Shown here in pieces: positions 13,363 to 26,689 of a stretch of 64,000 nt of DNA. The position numbers and the translations under genes are program-made. Each line of letters starts with the position of its first letter. The stretch's first letter is position 1. The stretch is from Macrostomum hystrix (lineage: Eukaryota > Animalia > Platyhelminthes), in NCBI GenBank assembly GCA_950097015.1, contig CATNEN010000002.1, positions 8,928,001-8,992,000 of the forward strand, given 5' to 3'. The notes under the pieces are model-generated. The model searched no databases, was not told the DNA's origin, and saw only the letters and a list, made by a program, of their open reading frames with translations.

Positions 13363-13514
13363 CTCGCAAGCAATTAATAGAAAAGTAGTCACGAATTGAC
13401 CTTGACCTGTCTAACTCTGAACTCTGAAACAGTTTAATTTTGTTTCTTTGACATTGTTATTGTTATGCCATGGCTATTTTCCTTATGTATACGCGTGTAC
13501 ATGCATACTGTATA

Positions 13515-13788
13515 CAGAGGCAGATTTAGGGGGGGGGCGGGGGGGCAGTCGCCCCCATAAATTTTAATCATGGGAATAAGATGCCCCCACCAGGGGCGCC
13601 AGTCGCAGCACTGGCGCCCCTTTTCGGCCGCTGGCGCCCCTTTTTCAGCCGCTGGCTCCCGTTTTTCAGCCGCTGGCGCCCTTTCTTGGCTCCTGGCGCC
13701 CTTTTTCGGCCGCTGGCACCCCCTCTGTGATTCTCATGGCGCTCCCCTGACAGACCGCCCCAAAACAAAATTCCTGGATCTGCCACTG
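13515..13788. mobile_element. hAT-type MITE nested in the Helitron
   Basis: TIRs CAGAGGCAGATTTAGG / CCTGGATCTGCCACTG, flanked by the perfect 8-bp duplication ACTGTATA (13507-13514 and 13789-13796). Confidence 0.85.
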
Positions 13789-15540
13789 ACTGTATAGACG
13801 AGTGGCTAAGAGACATGTTTCTAAAGAAGTAATCAAGAGGGGGCTGTTTGGACAAACTTTTCACTTATTTTTTACTTAAAACGCCCTTAAACAAACTCTT
13901 CACTTTTCATTAATGCAGTAAATGAATATATGGTGACCTTCACTATAAAGTTAATACAGAGACGTGAATTGCTTACTGCTTTGCTTTAAATTTCTGCCCC
14001 AGAAACAACGGGCAAAAAAAGCTAGTATATTTCTAAAAGGCAGTGCGTATCCCCATGGTACAATTGCAATAATGGCCATACTATCCAAATAAAAATAATG
14101 ACTAGCCTATCTGCACAGAACATTGCAGAGATTTTTCCTATCTATTTATATATGCTGTAGGAATACTAACTGGCTTGTCTCAACAGAGAGCTTTAGACCT
14201 ATATATATTTTCCTATCTATCCATATTTTTATACAGTAAAACAAAGCTAATTGGTGCCAAATACAGGTTTTACTTTCTTAGAAACAAATTTGATTGCAAT
14301 TTTACATGGTGTAGATTTTTAGCCATGCATACTTAAGGCAGTCACTTAAGCCAGTCTTTATTCCTACTATATATATACAAACAGATAATAAAGCTATCTC
14401 TCCAGTGTTTTGTGTGGGTTAGCTAGTCATTATTCTCATGGTTCTGTCTGGATAGTATTGTAATAGTGGAAATAAGCATGGCCTTTCTAAAAAGTAGCTT
14501 TTAAATTCTCTATTGGAGTAAATAGGGGTTTTCGCAGACAATGTCTGGCACGCTTGTGAAAAATTACTTGCGCAACTGTGCAGAAAGAAATTTCTGTCCG
14601 CATGGCCACACCTTGTGTGCATAAAGTTTTTGTAAGTATGTAGATGTATAACAAACAGTGCACCCTTGTGCCCCTACACTAATGTCTTGTGTTATTTATA
14701 AATTTATATTTTGTTATACTTAATCCCAATTTACATGTAAAAGTACATATAGATGCAATGCTAGTAGTAAATGCCAGTGCCTCTGTATTCGCACCTTGTG
14801 AGTTTAAATATATGTATATTAAGACACATTATAAAATACATTTAAATGTACATGTAGTTACACATGGTATAGCAGTGTGCACCCGTGCTGTACATCCATG
14901 CTATTGTGTACTTAGGTATACATTTACATAATAAAATAAACTTACATGTACATGTGAGTAATTTTGCTTACTTAGTAGCATATATAGTTTTATAAATTCT
15001 GAGCCAAGACTCAATAACTTCAATAGCATACTTTTTCATTTTCAATGGGAAATACTTTTACTATGTACACATTTTAAATTAGGTAGCCACATAAGTAAAA
15101 TATCTTATTTAATTAGTTTTAAAGCATGAAAACCACATTTAAAGGTTTTTTCAAATGCAAGACTCTTACAGCAATGAAGGTATGACACAAATAAGTTTTG
15201 TATACAAATATACTAAAAGGCTTAACATTCCTACTTTCTTGAAATACACAATTACATTACTATACAGTTTTTCAATTCAGTTTTAGACTTTTCAAAAACA
15301 TTGTTTTTTTAATGGGTTTCATAAAAAGTTGAACTAAGCTTGAAATGTTGTATCTAATTTTTATGTGTAACCCATTTAGCTTATTAAATTAAAATAATTT
15401 TTTTCTTAAAGTTTCCTAGAGTAACATTAGCCTTGTTCAATTAATTTCTTGTTTTCATGATTTTATATTTAACTTCAGTTTTGACTTAAATGGCTTTAAT
15501 TTTCTGTGTTTTTCAATTGTGTTCCAAATTTAGTAGGCTT

Positions 15541-18500
15541 GCTGAATTTGTTACTATAAGAATTAACTGATGAGGAAGTAGCTCCTTTCATGACCTTCAC
15601 CTTTCATAATCCAGATCATATAGTGGGTGCTGAATTTGTTACTATAAGAATTAACTGATGAGGAAGTAGCTCCTTTCATGACCTTCACCTTTCATAATCC
15701 AGATCATATAGTGGGTGCTGAATTTGTTACTATAAGAATTAACTGATGAGGAAGAAGCTCCTTTCATGACCTTCACCTTTCATAATCCAGATCATATAGT
15801 GGGTGCTGAATTTGTTACTATAAGAATTAACTGATGAGGAAGTAGCTCCTTTCATGACCTTCACCTTTCATAATCCAGATCATATAGTGGGTGCTGAATT
15901 TGTTACTATAAGAATTAACTGATGAGGAAGTAGCTCCTTTCATGACCTTCACCTTTCATAATCCAGATCATATAGTGGGTGCTGAATTTGTTACTATAAG
16001 AATTAACTGATGAGGAAGTAGCTCCTTTCATGACCTTCACCTTTCATAATCCAGATCATATAGTGGGTGCTGAATTTGTTACTATAAGAATTAACTGGTG
16101 AGGAAGTAGCTCCTTTCATGACCTTCACCTTTCATAATCCAGATCATATAGTAGGCTTGCTGAATTTGTTACTATAAGAATTAACTGATGAGGAAGTAGC
16201 TCCTTTCATGACCTTCACCTTTCATAATCCAGATCATATAGTAGGCTTGCTGAATTTGTTACTATAAGAATTAACTGATGAGGAAGTAGCTCCTTTCATG
16301 ACCTTCACCTTTCATAATCCAGATCATATAGTGGGTGCTGAATTTGTTACTATAAGAATTAACTGATGAGGAAGTAGCTCCTTTCATGACCTTCACCTTT
16401 CATAATCCAGATCATATAGTGGGTGCTGAATTTGTTACTATAAGAATTAACTGATGAGGAAGTAGCTCCTTTCATGACCTTCACCTTTCATAATCCAGAT
16501 CATGAATTTGTTACTATAAGAATTAACTGATGAGGAAGTAGCTCCTTTCATGACCTTCACCTTTCATAATCCAGATCATATAGTGGGTGCTGAATTTGTT
16601 ACTATAAGAATTAACTGGTGAGGAAGTAGCTCCTTTCATGACCTTCACCTTTCATAATCCAGATCATATAGTGGGTGCTGAATTTGTTACTATAAGAATT
16701 AACTGATGAGGAAGTAGCTCCTTTCATGACCTTCACCTTTCATAATCCAGATCATATAGTGGGTGCTGAATTTGTTACTATAAGAATTAACTGATGAGGA
16801 AGTAGCTCCTTTCATGACCTTCACCTTTCATAATCCAGATCATATAGTGGGTGCTGAATTTGTTACTATAAGAATTAACTGATGAGGAAGTAGCTCCTTT
16901 CATGACCTTCACCTTTCATAATCCAGATCATATAGTGGGTGCTGAATTTGTTACTATAAGAATTAACTGATGAGGAAGTAGCTCCTTTCATGACCTTCAC
17001 CTTTCATAATCCAGATCATATAGTGGGTGCTGAATTTGTTACTATAAGAATTAACTGATGAGGAAGTAGCTCCTTTCATGACCTTCACCTTTCATAATCC
17101 AGATCATATAGTGGGTGCTGAATTTGTTACTATAAGAATTAACTGATGAGGAAGTAGCTCCTTTCATGACCTTCACCTTTCATAATCCAGATCATGAATT
17201 TGTTACTATAAGAATTAACTGATGAGGAAGTAGCTCCTTTCATGACCTTCACCTTTCATAATCCAGATCATATAGTGGGTGCTGAATTTGTTACTATAAG
17301 AATTAACTGGTGAGGAAGTAGCTCCTTTCATGACCTTCACCTTTCATAATCCAGATCATATAGTGGGTGCTGAATTTGTTACTATAAGAATTAACTGATG
17401 AGGAAGTAGCTCCTTTCATGACCTTCACCTTTCATAATCCAGATCATATAGTGGGTGCTGAATTTGTTACTATAAGAATTAACTGGTGAGGAAGTAGCTC
17501 CTTTCATGACCTTCACCTTTCATAATCCAGATCATATAGTGGGTGCTGAATTTGTTACTATAAGAATTAACTGATGAGGAAGTAGCTCCTTTCATGACCT
17601 TCACCTTTCATAATCCAGATCATATAGTGGGTGCTGAATTTGTTACTATAAGAATTAACTGATGAGGAAGTAGCTCCTTTCATGACCTTCACCTTTCATA
17701 ATCCAGATCATATAGTGGGTGCTGAATTTGTTACTATAAGAATTAACTGATGAGGAAGTAGCTCCTTTCATGACCTTCACCTTTCATAATCCAGATCATG
17801 AATTTGTTACTATAAGAATTAACTGATGAGGAAGTAGCTCCTTTCATGACCTTCACCTTTCATAATCCAGATCATATAGTGGGTGCTGAATTTGTTACTA
17901 TAAGAATTAACTGATGAGGAAGTAGCTCCTTTCATGACCTTCACCTTTCATAATCCAGATCATGAATTTGTTACTATAAGAATTAACTGATGAGGAAGTA
18001 GCTCCTTTCATGACCTTCACCTTTCATAATCCAGATCATATAGTGGGTGCTGAATTTGTTACTATAAGAATTAACTGATGAGGAAGTAGCTCCTTTCATG
18101 ACCTTCACCTTTCATAATCCAGATCATATAGTGGGTGCTGAATTTGTTACTATAAGAATTAACTGATGAGGAAGTAGCTCCTTTCATGACCTTCACCTTT
18201 CATAATCCAGATCATATAGTGGGTGCTGAATTTGTTACTATAAGAATTAACTGATGAGGAAGTAGCTCCTTTCATGACCTTCACCTTTCATAATCCAGAT
18301 CATGAATTTGTTACTATAAGAATTAACTGATGAGGAAGTAGCTCCTTTCATGACCTTCACCTTTCATAATCCAGATCATATAGTGGGTGCTGAATTTGTT
18401 ACTATAAGAATTAACTGGTGAGGAAGTAGCTCCTTTCATGACCTTCACCTTTCATAATCCAGATCATATAGTGGGTGCTGAATTTGTTACTATAAGAATT

Positions 18501-21500
18501 AACTGATGAGGAAGTAGCTCCTTTCATGACCTTCACCTTTCATAATCCAGATCATATAGTGGGTGCTGAATTTGTTACTATAAGAATTAACTGGTGAGGA
18601 AGTAGCTCCTTTCATGACCTTCACCTTTCATAATCCAGATCATATAGTGGGTGCTGAATTTGTTACTATAAGAATTAACTGATGAGGAAGTAGCTCCTTT
18701 CATGACCTTCACCTTTCATAATCCAGATCATATAGTGGGTGCTGAATTTGTTACTATAAGAATTAACTGATGAGGAAGTGCTGAATTTGTTACTATAAGA
18801 ATTAACTGATGAGGAAGTAGCTCCTTTCATGACCTTCACCTTTCATAATCCAGATCATATAGTGGGTGCTGAATTTGTTACTATAAGAATTAACTGATGA
18901 GGAAGTAGCTCCTTTCATGACCTTCACCTTTCATAATCCAGATCATATAGTGGGTGCTGAATTTGTTACTATAAGAATTAACTGGTGAGGAAGTAGCTCC
19001 TTTCATGACCTTCACCTTTCATAATCCAGATCATATAGTGGGTGCTGAATTTGTTACTATAAGAATTAGCTGATGAGGAAGTAGCTCCTTTCATGACCTT
19101 CACCTTTCATAATCCAGATCATATAGTGGGTGCTGAATTTGTTACTATAAGAATTAACTGATGAGGAAGTAGCTCCTTTCATGACCTTCACCTTTCATAA
19201 TCCAGATCATATAGTGGGTGCTGAATTTGTTACTATAAGAATTAACTGATGAGGAAGTAGCTCCTTTCATGACCTTCACCTTTCATAATCCAGATCATAT
19301 AGTGGGTGCTGAATTTGTTACTATAAGAATTAACTGATGAGGAAGTAGCTCCTTTCATGACCTTCACCTTTCATAATCCAGATCATATAGTGGGTGCTGA
19401 ATTTGTTACTATAAGAATTAACTGATGAGGAAGTGCTGAATTTGTTACTATAAGAATTAACTGGTGAGGAAGTAGCTCCTTTCATGACCTTCACCTTTCA
19501 TAATCCAGATCATATAGTGGGTGCTGAATTTGTTACTATAAGAATTAACTGATGAGGAAGTGCTGAATTTGTTACTATAAGAATTAACTGGTGAGGAAGT
19601 AGCTCCTTTCATGACCTTCACCTTTCATAATCCAGATCATATAGTGGGTGCTGAATTTGTTACTATAAGAATTAACTGGTGAGGAAGTAGCTCCTTTCAT
19701 GACCTTCACCTTTCATAATCCAGATCATATAGTGGGTGCTGAATTTGTTACTATAAGAATTAACTGATGAGGAAGTAGCTCCTTTCATGACCTTCACCTT
19801 TCATAATCCAGATCATATAGTGGGTGCTGAATTTGTTACTATAAGAATTAACTGATGAGGAAGTAGCTCCTTTCATGACCTTCACCTTTCATAATCCAGA
19901 TCATATAGTGGGTGCTGAATTTGTTACTATAAGAATTAACTGATGAGGAAGTAGCTCCTTTCATGACCTTCACCTTTCATAATCCAGATCATATAGTGGG
20001 TGCTGAATTTGTTACTATAAGAATTAACTGATGAGGAAGTAGCTCCTTTCATGACCTTCACCTTTCATAATCCAGATCATATAGTGGGTGCTGAATTTGT
20101 TACTATAAGAATTAACTGATGAGGAAGTAGCTCCTTTCATGACCTTCACCTTTCATAATCCAGATCATATAGTGGGTGCTGAATTTGTTACTATAAGAAT
20201 TAACTGATGAGGAAGTAGCTCCTTTCATGACCTTCACCTTTCATAATCCAGATCATATAGTGGGTGCTGAATTTGTTACTATAAGAATTAACTGGTGAGG
20301 AAGTAGCTCCTTTCATGACCTTCACCTTTCATAATCCAGATCATATAGTGGGTGCTGAATTTGTTACTATAAGAATTAACTGATGAGGAAGTAAGCTCCT
20401 TTCATGACCTTCACCTTTCATAATCCAGATCATGAATTTGTTACTATAAGAATTAACTGGTGAGGAAGTAGCTCCTTTCATGACCTTCACCTTTCATAAT
20501 CCAGATCATATAGTGGGTGCTGAATTTGTTACTATAAGAATTAACTGATGAGGAAGTAGCTCCTTTCATGACCTTCACCTTTCATAATCCAGATCATATA
20601 GTGGGTGCTGAATTTGTTACTATAAGAATTAACTGATGAGGAAGTAGCTCCTTTCATGACCTTCACCTTTCATAATCCAGATCATATAGTGGGTGCTGAA
20701 TTTGTTACTATAAGAATTAACTGATGAGGAAGTAGCTCCTTTCATGACCTTCACCTTTCATAATCCAGATCATATAGTGGGTGCTGAATTTGTTACTATA
20801 AGAATTAACTGATGAGGAAGTAGCTCCTTTCATGACCTTCACCTTTCATAATCCAGATCATATAGTGGGTGCTGAATTTGTTACTATAAGAATTAACTGA
20901 TGAGGAAGTAGCTCCTTTCATGACCTTCACCTTTCATAATCCAGATCATATAGTGGGTGCTGAATTTGTTACTATAAGAATTAACTGATGAGGAAGTAGC
21001 TCCTTTCATGACCTTCACCTTTCATAATCCAGATCATATAGTGGGTGCTGAATTTGTTACTATAAGAATTAACTGATGAGGAAGTAGCTCCTTTCATGAC
21101 CTTCACCTTTCATAATCCAGATCATATAGTGGGTGCTGAATTTGTTACTATAAGAATTAACTGGTGAGGAAGTAGCTCCTTTCATGACCTTCACCTTTCA
21201 TAATCCAGATCATATAGTGGGTGCTGAATTTGTTACTATAAGAATTAACTGATGAGGAAGTAGCTCCTTTCATGACCTTCACCTTTCATAATCCAGATCA
21301 TATAGTGGGTGCTGAAATTTGTTACTATAAGAATTAACTGGTGAGGAAGTAGCTCCTTTCAATGACCTTCACCTTTCATAATCCAGATCATATAGTGGGT
21401 GCTGAATTTGTTACTATAAGATTAACTGATGAGGAAAGTAGCTCCTTTCATGACCTTCACCTTTCATAATCCAGATCATATAGTGGGTGCTGAATTTGTT

Positions 21501-22284
21501 ACTATAAGAATTAACTGATGAGGAAGTAGCTCCTTTCATGACCTTCACCTTTCATAATCCAGATCATATAGTGGGTGCTGAATTTGTTACTATAAGAATT
21601 AACTGATGAGGAAGTAGCTCCTTTCATGACCTTCACCTTTCATAATCCAGATCATATAGTGGGTGCTGAATTTGTTACTATAAGAATTAACTGATGAGGA
21701 AGTAGCTCCTTTCATGACCTTCACCTTTCATAATCCAGATCATATAGTGGTGCTGAATTTGTTACTATAAGAATTAACTGGATGAGGAAGTAGCTCCTTT
21801 CATGACCTTCACCTTTCATAATCCAGATCATATAGTGGGTGCTGAATTTGTTACTATAAGAATTAACTGGATGAGGAAGTAGCTCCTTTCATGACCTTCA
21901 CCTTTCATAATCCAGATCATATAGTGGGTGCTGAATTTGTTACTATAAGAATTAACTGATGAGGAAGTAGCTCCTTTCATGACCTTCACCTTTCATAATC
22001 CAGATCATATAGTGGGTGCTGAATTTGTTACTATAAGAATTAACTGGTGAGGAAGTAGCTCCTTTCATGACCTTCACCTTTCATAATCCAGATCATATAG
22101 TGGGTGCTGAATTTGTTACTATAAGAATTAACTGATGAGGAAGTAGCTCCTTTCATGACCTTCACCTTTCATAATCCAGATCATATAGTGGGTGCTGAAT
22201 TTGTTACTATAAGAATTAACTGGTGAGGAAGTAGCTCCTTTCATGACCTTCACCTTTCATAATCCAGATCATATAGTGGGTGCT
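15541..22284. repeat. 88-bp satellite array, about 77-78 units
   Basis: Unit GCTGAATTTGTTACTATAAGAATTAACTGATGAGGAAGTAGCTCCTTTCATGACCTTCACCTTTCATAATCCAGATCATATAGTGGGT. Copies are near-identical, with recurrent 76-bp and 39-bp deletion variants. Confidence 0.98.
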
Positions 22285-22981
22285 TAAAATTTCAGGTGTA
22301 ATATCTGAGAGTCAATAACAGGAGGATTGATGTTAAAAAGTTTTATGCTGTTGTAAATGGCCTAATCAGTGTACCTAGGTCCTAAAATGGGGTGGAATTA
22401 AATTTGAAATAATAAATAAAACTTAGACTGCCACTTTATATGAGTAACGTCAAATATAATAGAAAAGTAATAAAAGTTATGTAAATTTTTGCTTCTTACA
22501 AAGCTTGTGATATTTTTTGAGTGTTTCTTTTGTTTATTTTAAATTGTTTATAAGAAAAAAATACAATTTTTTGTGTGATTCTAGAATTCTGAATTAAACT
22601 TAGCATAATTTGAAATCAAACCTTGTACTATTTTTGCTTATCATAATCTGCTTAGATTGTTACCTGTCTGGCTGTCTATCTTTCTGCTATATTTTAAATA
22701 AAATAAAGAAATAAAATTGCCAAAGGAGGTAAAAAAAACTATAGGAAACAATACTATAGATTATGAATTGTGGAATAAAGCACAAGATTGTTTAAATTGT
22801 ACCCCATTCTGCATATTTACTAAGTCAAAATTGTTTCCAAGCCATTGGATAAATAAATTTAAGTTTTAGATGCCTAACTGTCCAATAATTATATTGTGTG
22901 CTTAAATGCTCAATGAAAGAAAATCATCAAATTGTCTCTGCTATGAGTCCATGGAATGTCTTCTGATTATTCTCTGTGCAG

Positions 22982-25818
22982 ATCGTTTCCAACACGGCCT
23001 GAAGACTGAGCGCTTCAGCCCAGCTGCTTCAGGCGTCAGCTCAGGGGCTCAGGATTGTCTGACAAGTCTGGCCAGCGATGCCACCGGCGCCTGCCGCTGT
23101 CTGGCCTACAGCTCCAATGGCGAATTCTTCGCCCACTGCAATGGCACCGCCGTGAAGGTGCGCAAACTCGATGCCAACTCCAGCATAGACCTGCCCCACC
23201 CCAAGGCTGCTCAGCTGGCCTTCTCACCCTGCGGCTCCGTGCTGGCCGTCTGGGAGCAGTTTGCCGTCACGAACGACAATCCGCAGGGCTCGCCTAACCT
23301 CAATCTGTACGACTCGGTCACTGGCGCTTTATTAAAATCGTTCGTACACAAGAAGGTGGACAATTGGCGTCCAGCCTGGACTGAGGACAGCGTGATCTGC
23401 GCCCGGGGCGTCACCGGAGAGGTGCACTGCTACCAGGTGAGAGGGAGAATTTGCGTGATAGCTACCTTAGTCTACGCAACTCGCTGCTAACTTTTTCATG
23501 GCTTCAAGGAACTGAATAAATAACTATCGGGTACACTCTTTACATGATCCCACTTCATCATATTCACACACATTACCTGTTCAGTAAATTCATTACATGA
23601 TCCCCAGTCAGCACAGGATCATAACACATGAACTAATTAAAATTTTAACACTGGTTTTAAGACGTGATTCTGATCAGCAGACAATCCTTATTTGGCACAT
23701 AAACGCTGTTCTGCATATGATCTCAGTTCTGTAATTAATCTCAACTTAGCGCATGATCTCAATCCCAATCCAACACATAATCACAATTCAGCACATAATC
23801 CCAATCCATCACATGATCCCAATCCATCACATGATCCCAATCCATCACATAATCCCAATTCAGCTCATGATCCCAATCCATCACATGATCCCAATCCATC
23901 ACATGATCCCAATCCATCACATGATCCCAATCCATCACATGATCCCAATCCATCACATGATCCCAATTCATCACTTAATCCCAATCCATCACATGATCCC
24001 AATCCATCACATGATCCCAATCCATCACATGATCCCAATCCATCACTTAATCCCAATCCATCACATGATCCCAATCCATCACATAATCCCAATCCATCAC
24101 ATGATCCCAATTCAGCACAAGATCCCAATCCAGCACATGATCCCAATCCATCATCCATGATCCCCAGTTAATCCAGTGAGGTCTTAAACGATTCGCAGGA
24201 CCGGGACTTCTCCACCATGCGCTGCCGTCTGTCCATCGCCGGCCTGGCCGCCTTCTCGATGTCGCCCGGTCGCTCTGACGCCTGCTTCGTGGCCGCCTAC
24301 ATTCCCGGCACCCGCGGCCAGCCGCACAGCGTGCGTATCTTCCGCTACCCGGACCTCAGCCCCACCTCGCCAGTGGCTAACAAGTCTCTGTACAAAGCCG
24401 AGAGCGTCACCTTCCAGTGGAATCGGCGCGGCACCGACCTGCTGCTGCTGACGGCCTCGGAAGTGTCGCATGACTCCTACTACGGTGAGCAGGGCCTGCA
24501 CTATCTGTCCGTGCGCGGTGAATCGTGCGCTGTGCCGCTGCAGAAGGCCGGACCGATTTACCACACCGAGTGGCACCCGGACTCGGCTCACTTTGTGGTG
24601 ACCGCCGGCTCCATGCCCGCCAAGACCACCGTGTTCAACTTGCGCTGCGAGCCCGTGTTCGATTTCGGCACCGGGCCGCGCAACGTCACCTACTTCAGCC
24701 CGTTCGGCAACATTCTCTGCCTGGCCGGCTTCGGCAATCTCAAAGGCGACGTGGAAATGTGGGATTTCCCCAACAAGCGCCTCATGGCCAAGCTGCTCGT
24801 GTCCGACGCCACGCAGTTCCAGTGGTGCCCGGACGGTGTGCATTTCGTTGCTGCCACCACGTCGCCTAGGCTGCGAGTCAACAACTGCCTGTCAGTGTAC
24901 GACTACACTGGCAAGATTGTGTCCAGGCGCGACTTCGACTGCCTGCTGGAGGTGGCCTGGCGACCCCGGCCCGCCTGCGAGGCGCCTCGGCTGCGCTATG
25001 ACACCAGCAAGTCCTTCCAGGCCATCACTCAGCAGAGCCAACCGACTAGGTAGGCAGGCTCGGGTCTTTTTGATTCGCAGCAGCTGGAACACTGAGATTT
25101 ACGAAAGTTTCGCTAACAGTAGGACTATCTAGCCATCTTGCCGCCCGTTTCTATGCCAATGAGGAATTTCCCCCTGAAAGCGTTTCTAGCAGCGCCTGAA
25201 TCCTATCAGCGTTGGGTGGTGACTGATTGGTTGTCAGACTAGGCGATGGTGTCCTGTGGTTGAGCTGCGCCTAGTATTTTGGCTTGATCTGTGAAATTGG
25301 AGAAATTCGCGTCAGGGTGTCCATTGTGGCCTAGTTCCACCTGTTGTAGCCCTTGAAGGTCCAGCAGCTCCGTCTAGATAAAGGTAGGTGACCACCGAAG
25401 ACGGAGATGATGCAGGCACATTCGGGTGACATGCTGATAAATATTGAAGGCCTGGCAAGGCCGCACTGAGGCGCAGTGCAAATTCGTGTATGGGGGTGTA
25501 TGAAATACACGAGCGCTTAAATGAAAAATCTCACCTTTGGCCAGATTAACTGAATATCTCGACGCTCTGAAGAGCTGGCGATTTGATTCTTGATTCAGAA
25601 GATGCGCAACTAAAAATTACATTTTGGCCCATGTTGTTGAGTTTCGTGTGCTTGCGTTGTTCCGTTCAGGTGCAGCAGAAAAAATTGTCAAGGGGAAATT
25701 ACAAAGACTGTATAACACTGGAATAAGACTGGAAAATTTGTTTGTATTTCATGTACACTCGGCATTCCCCATTAGGTACGTGCCGCCACACATGCGCCAA
25801 CGCCAGGCTGGCGGTGAG

Positions 25819-25850
<32 letters not shown>

Positions 25851-26217
25851 GTCCCAGCTGCACAACTACGAGCTGCCGTCCAATCAGCGCCCGGCAGGCG
25901 AGGGCGCCGCCGGTGGCCTGAGCAAAGCGGCCGCCAAAAATCAGCGCAAGAAGGAACGAAAAAAGGCCGCCGCTGCCGATGGCTCGGGCGAGCCTGAACA
26001 GTCCGGAGGCGGCGGCGGCGGCGGACCCCTCGCCGACTTCGAGTCGACGGGTGACGCCGAGAAGGACAAGCGGGCCAAGACTATTCTTAGAAAGCTGCAG
26101 CAGATTGAGAAGCTGCGGGCTGACCAGTTGGCTGGTAAGCAGCTGGAGCTGAACCAGCTTGAGAAGCTCAAGACAGAAGATGAGCTGCGACAGAAGCTGG
26201 ACGAGCTGTACGTTTGA
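22982..26217 (+). CDS. EIF2A: Eukaryotic translation initiation factor 2A; exons 22982-23436, 24199-25049, 25776-26217 (short first coding exon not located)
   Basis: Motifs SYYGEQ.LHY, GPIY..EW, MPAK.T.FNLRCEPVFDFGTGPRN, LAGFGNLKG, PRLRVNN, YVPPH.R, KNQRK and LE.NQLEK match eIF2A. The GT-AG junctions are phase-consistent (0, 2). Confidence 0.95.
23745..24165. repeat. 18-bp intronic minisatellite (ATGATCCCAATCCATCAC)n
   Basis: Visible tandem array in an eIF2A intron. Confidence 0.95.
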
Positions 26218-26689
26218 TTCTGAGTCTGCTTTTTCTCTAAGATTTAGATTTCTGTCGGACAGAGCGCTTACTATTAGTAGCGACAGAGGAAAACTGCGGG
26301 AAATTCGGGTCATTATTATGTTATTCAAAAAAAATTTGACTGTTGTTTAAGATTATCCCAAATATCGCCAGTGCATTCTTCTTCAATGTCATATTTTTAT
26401 TTATGACATTGTTTGTTTGTTTGCCCGGTTTTGTCGAATCCTAAATTTTGTTTTGTTTTTCTGCAAATTGTTTCGCTTTGATTTGATGTTGCGTTTGGCG
26501 CCGGAGCCCTAAAATTATTGGGCGCAAAGTAAATTGTTGACTTTTTTGTTGCAATGCTTTTGTGGAACAATTATTGGGCTTTTTTCGACTTGCTTTTTTA
26601 TAAAGTACATTTTAGTTTTACTGACTAAAGTAAATCAGGTCGATTCTTAATACGGATAAGGATAGGGTCAGAATTACGGTCAATTCAGT

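Larger units (their letters stand above)
12120..14025 (+). mobile_element. Internally deleted Helitron (~1.9 kb)
   Basis: The 5' end TATATATATATAAAAGTGAAAACTCTGTCTGTGTGT resembles Helitron 5' termini. The 3' end has a TGCCC...GGGCA hairpin (13995-14014) followed by CTAG (14022-14025), inserted between A and T. The element carries a helicase fragment. Confidence 0.75.

Noticed and set aside
14602-14637. ATGGCCACACCT...|GTAAGT as eIF2A exon 1
   Set aside because: The donor is phase 0 whereas the acceptor at 22982 needs phase 1.
15565-15600. Hammerhead ribozyme in the 88-bp satellite (CTGATGA followed by a small GGA...TCC stem)
   Set aside because: The required GAAA after stem II is absent (TTTC follows) and there is no GAAA elsewhere on that strand of the unit.
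15541-22284. CRISPR-like appearance of the long regular arrays
   Set aside because: The units are identical head-to-tail with no unique spacers, there are no cas genes, and the context is eukaryotic.
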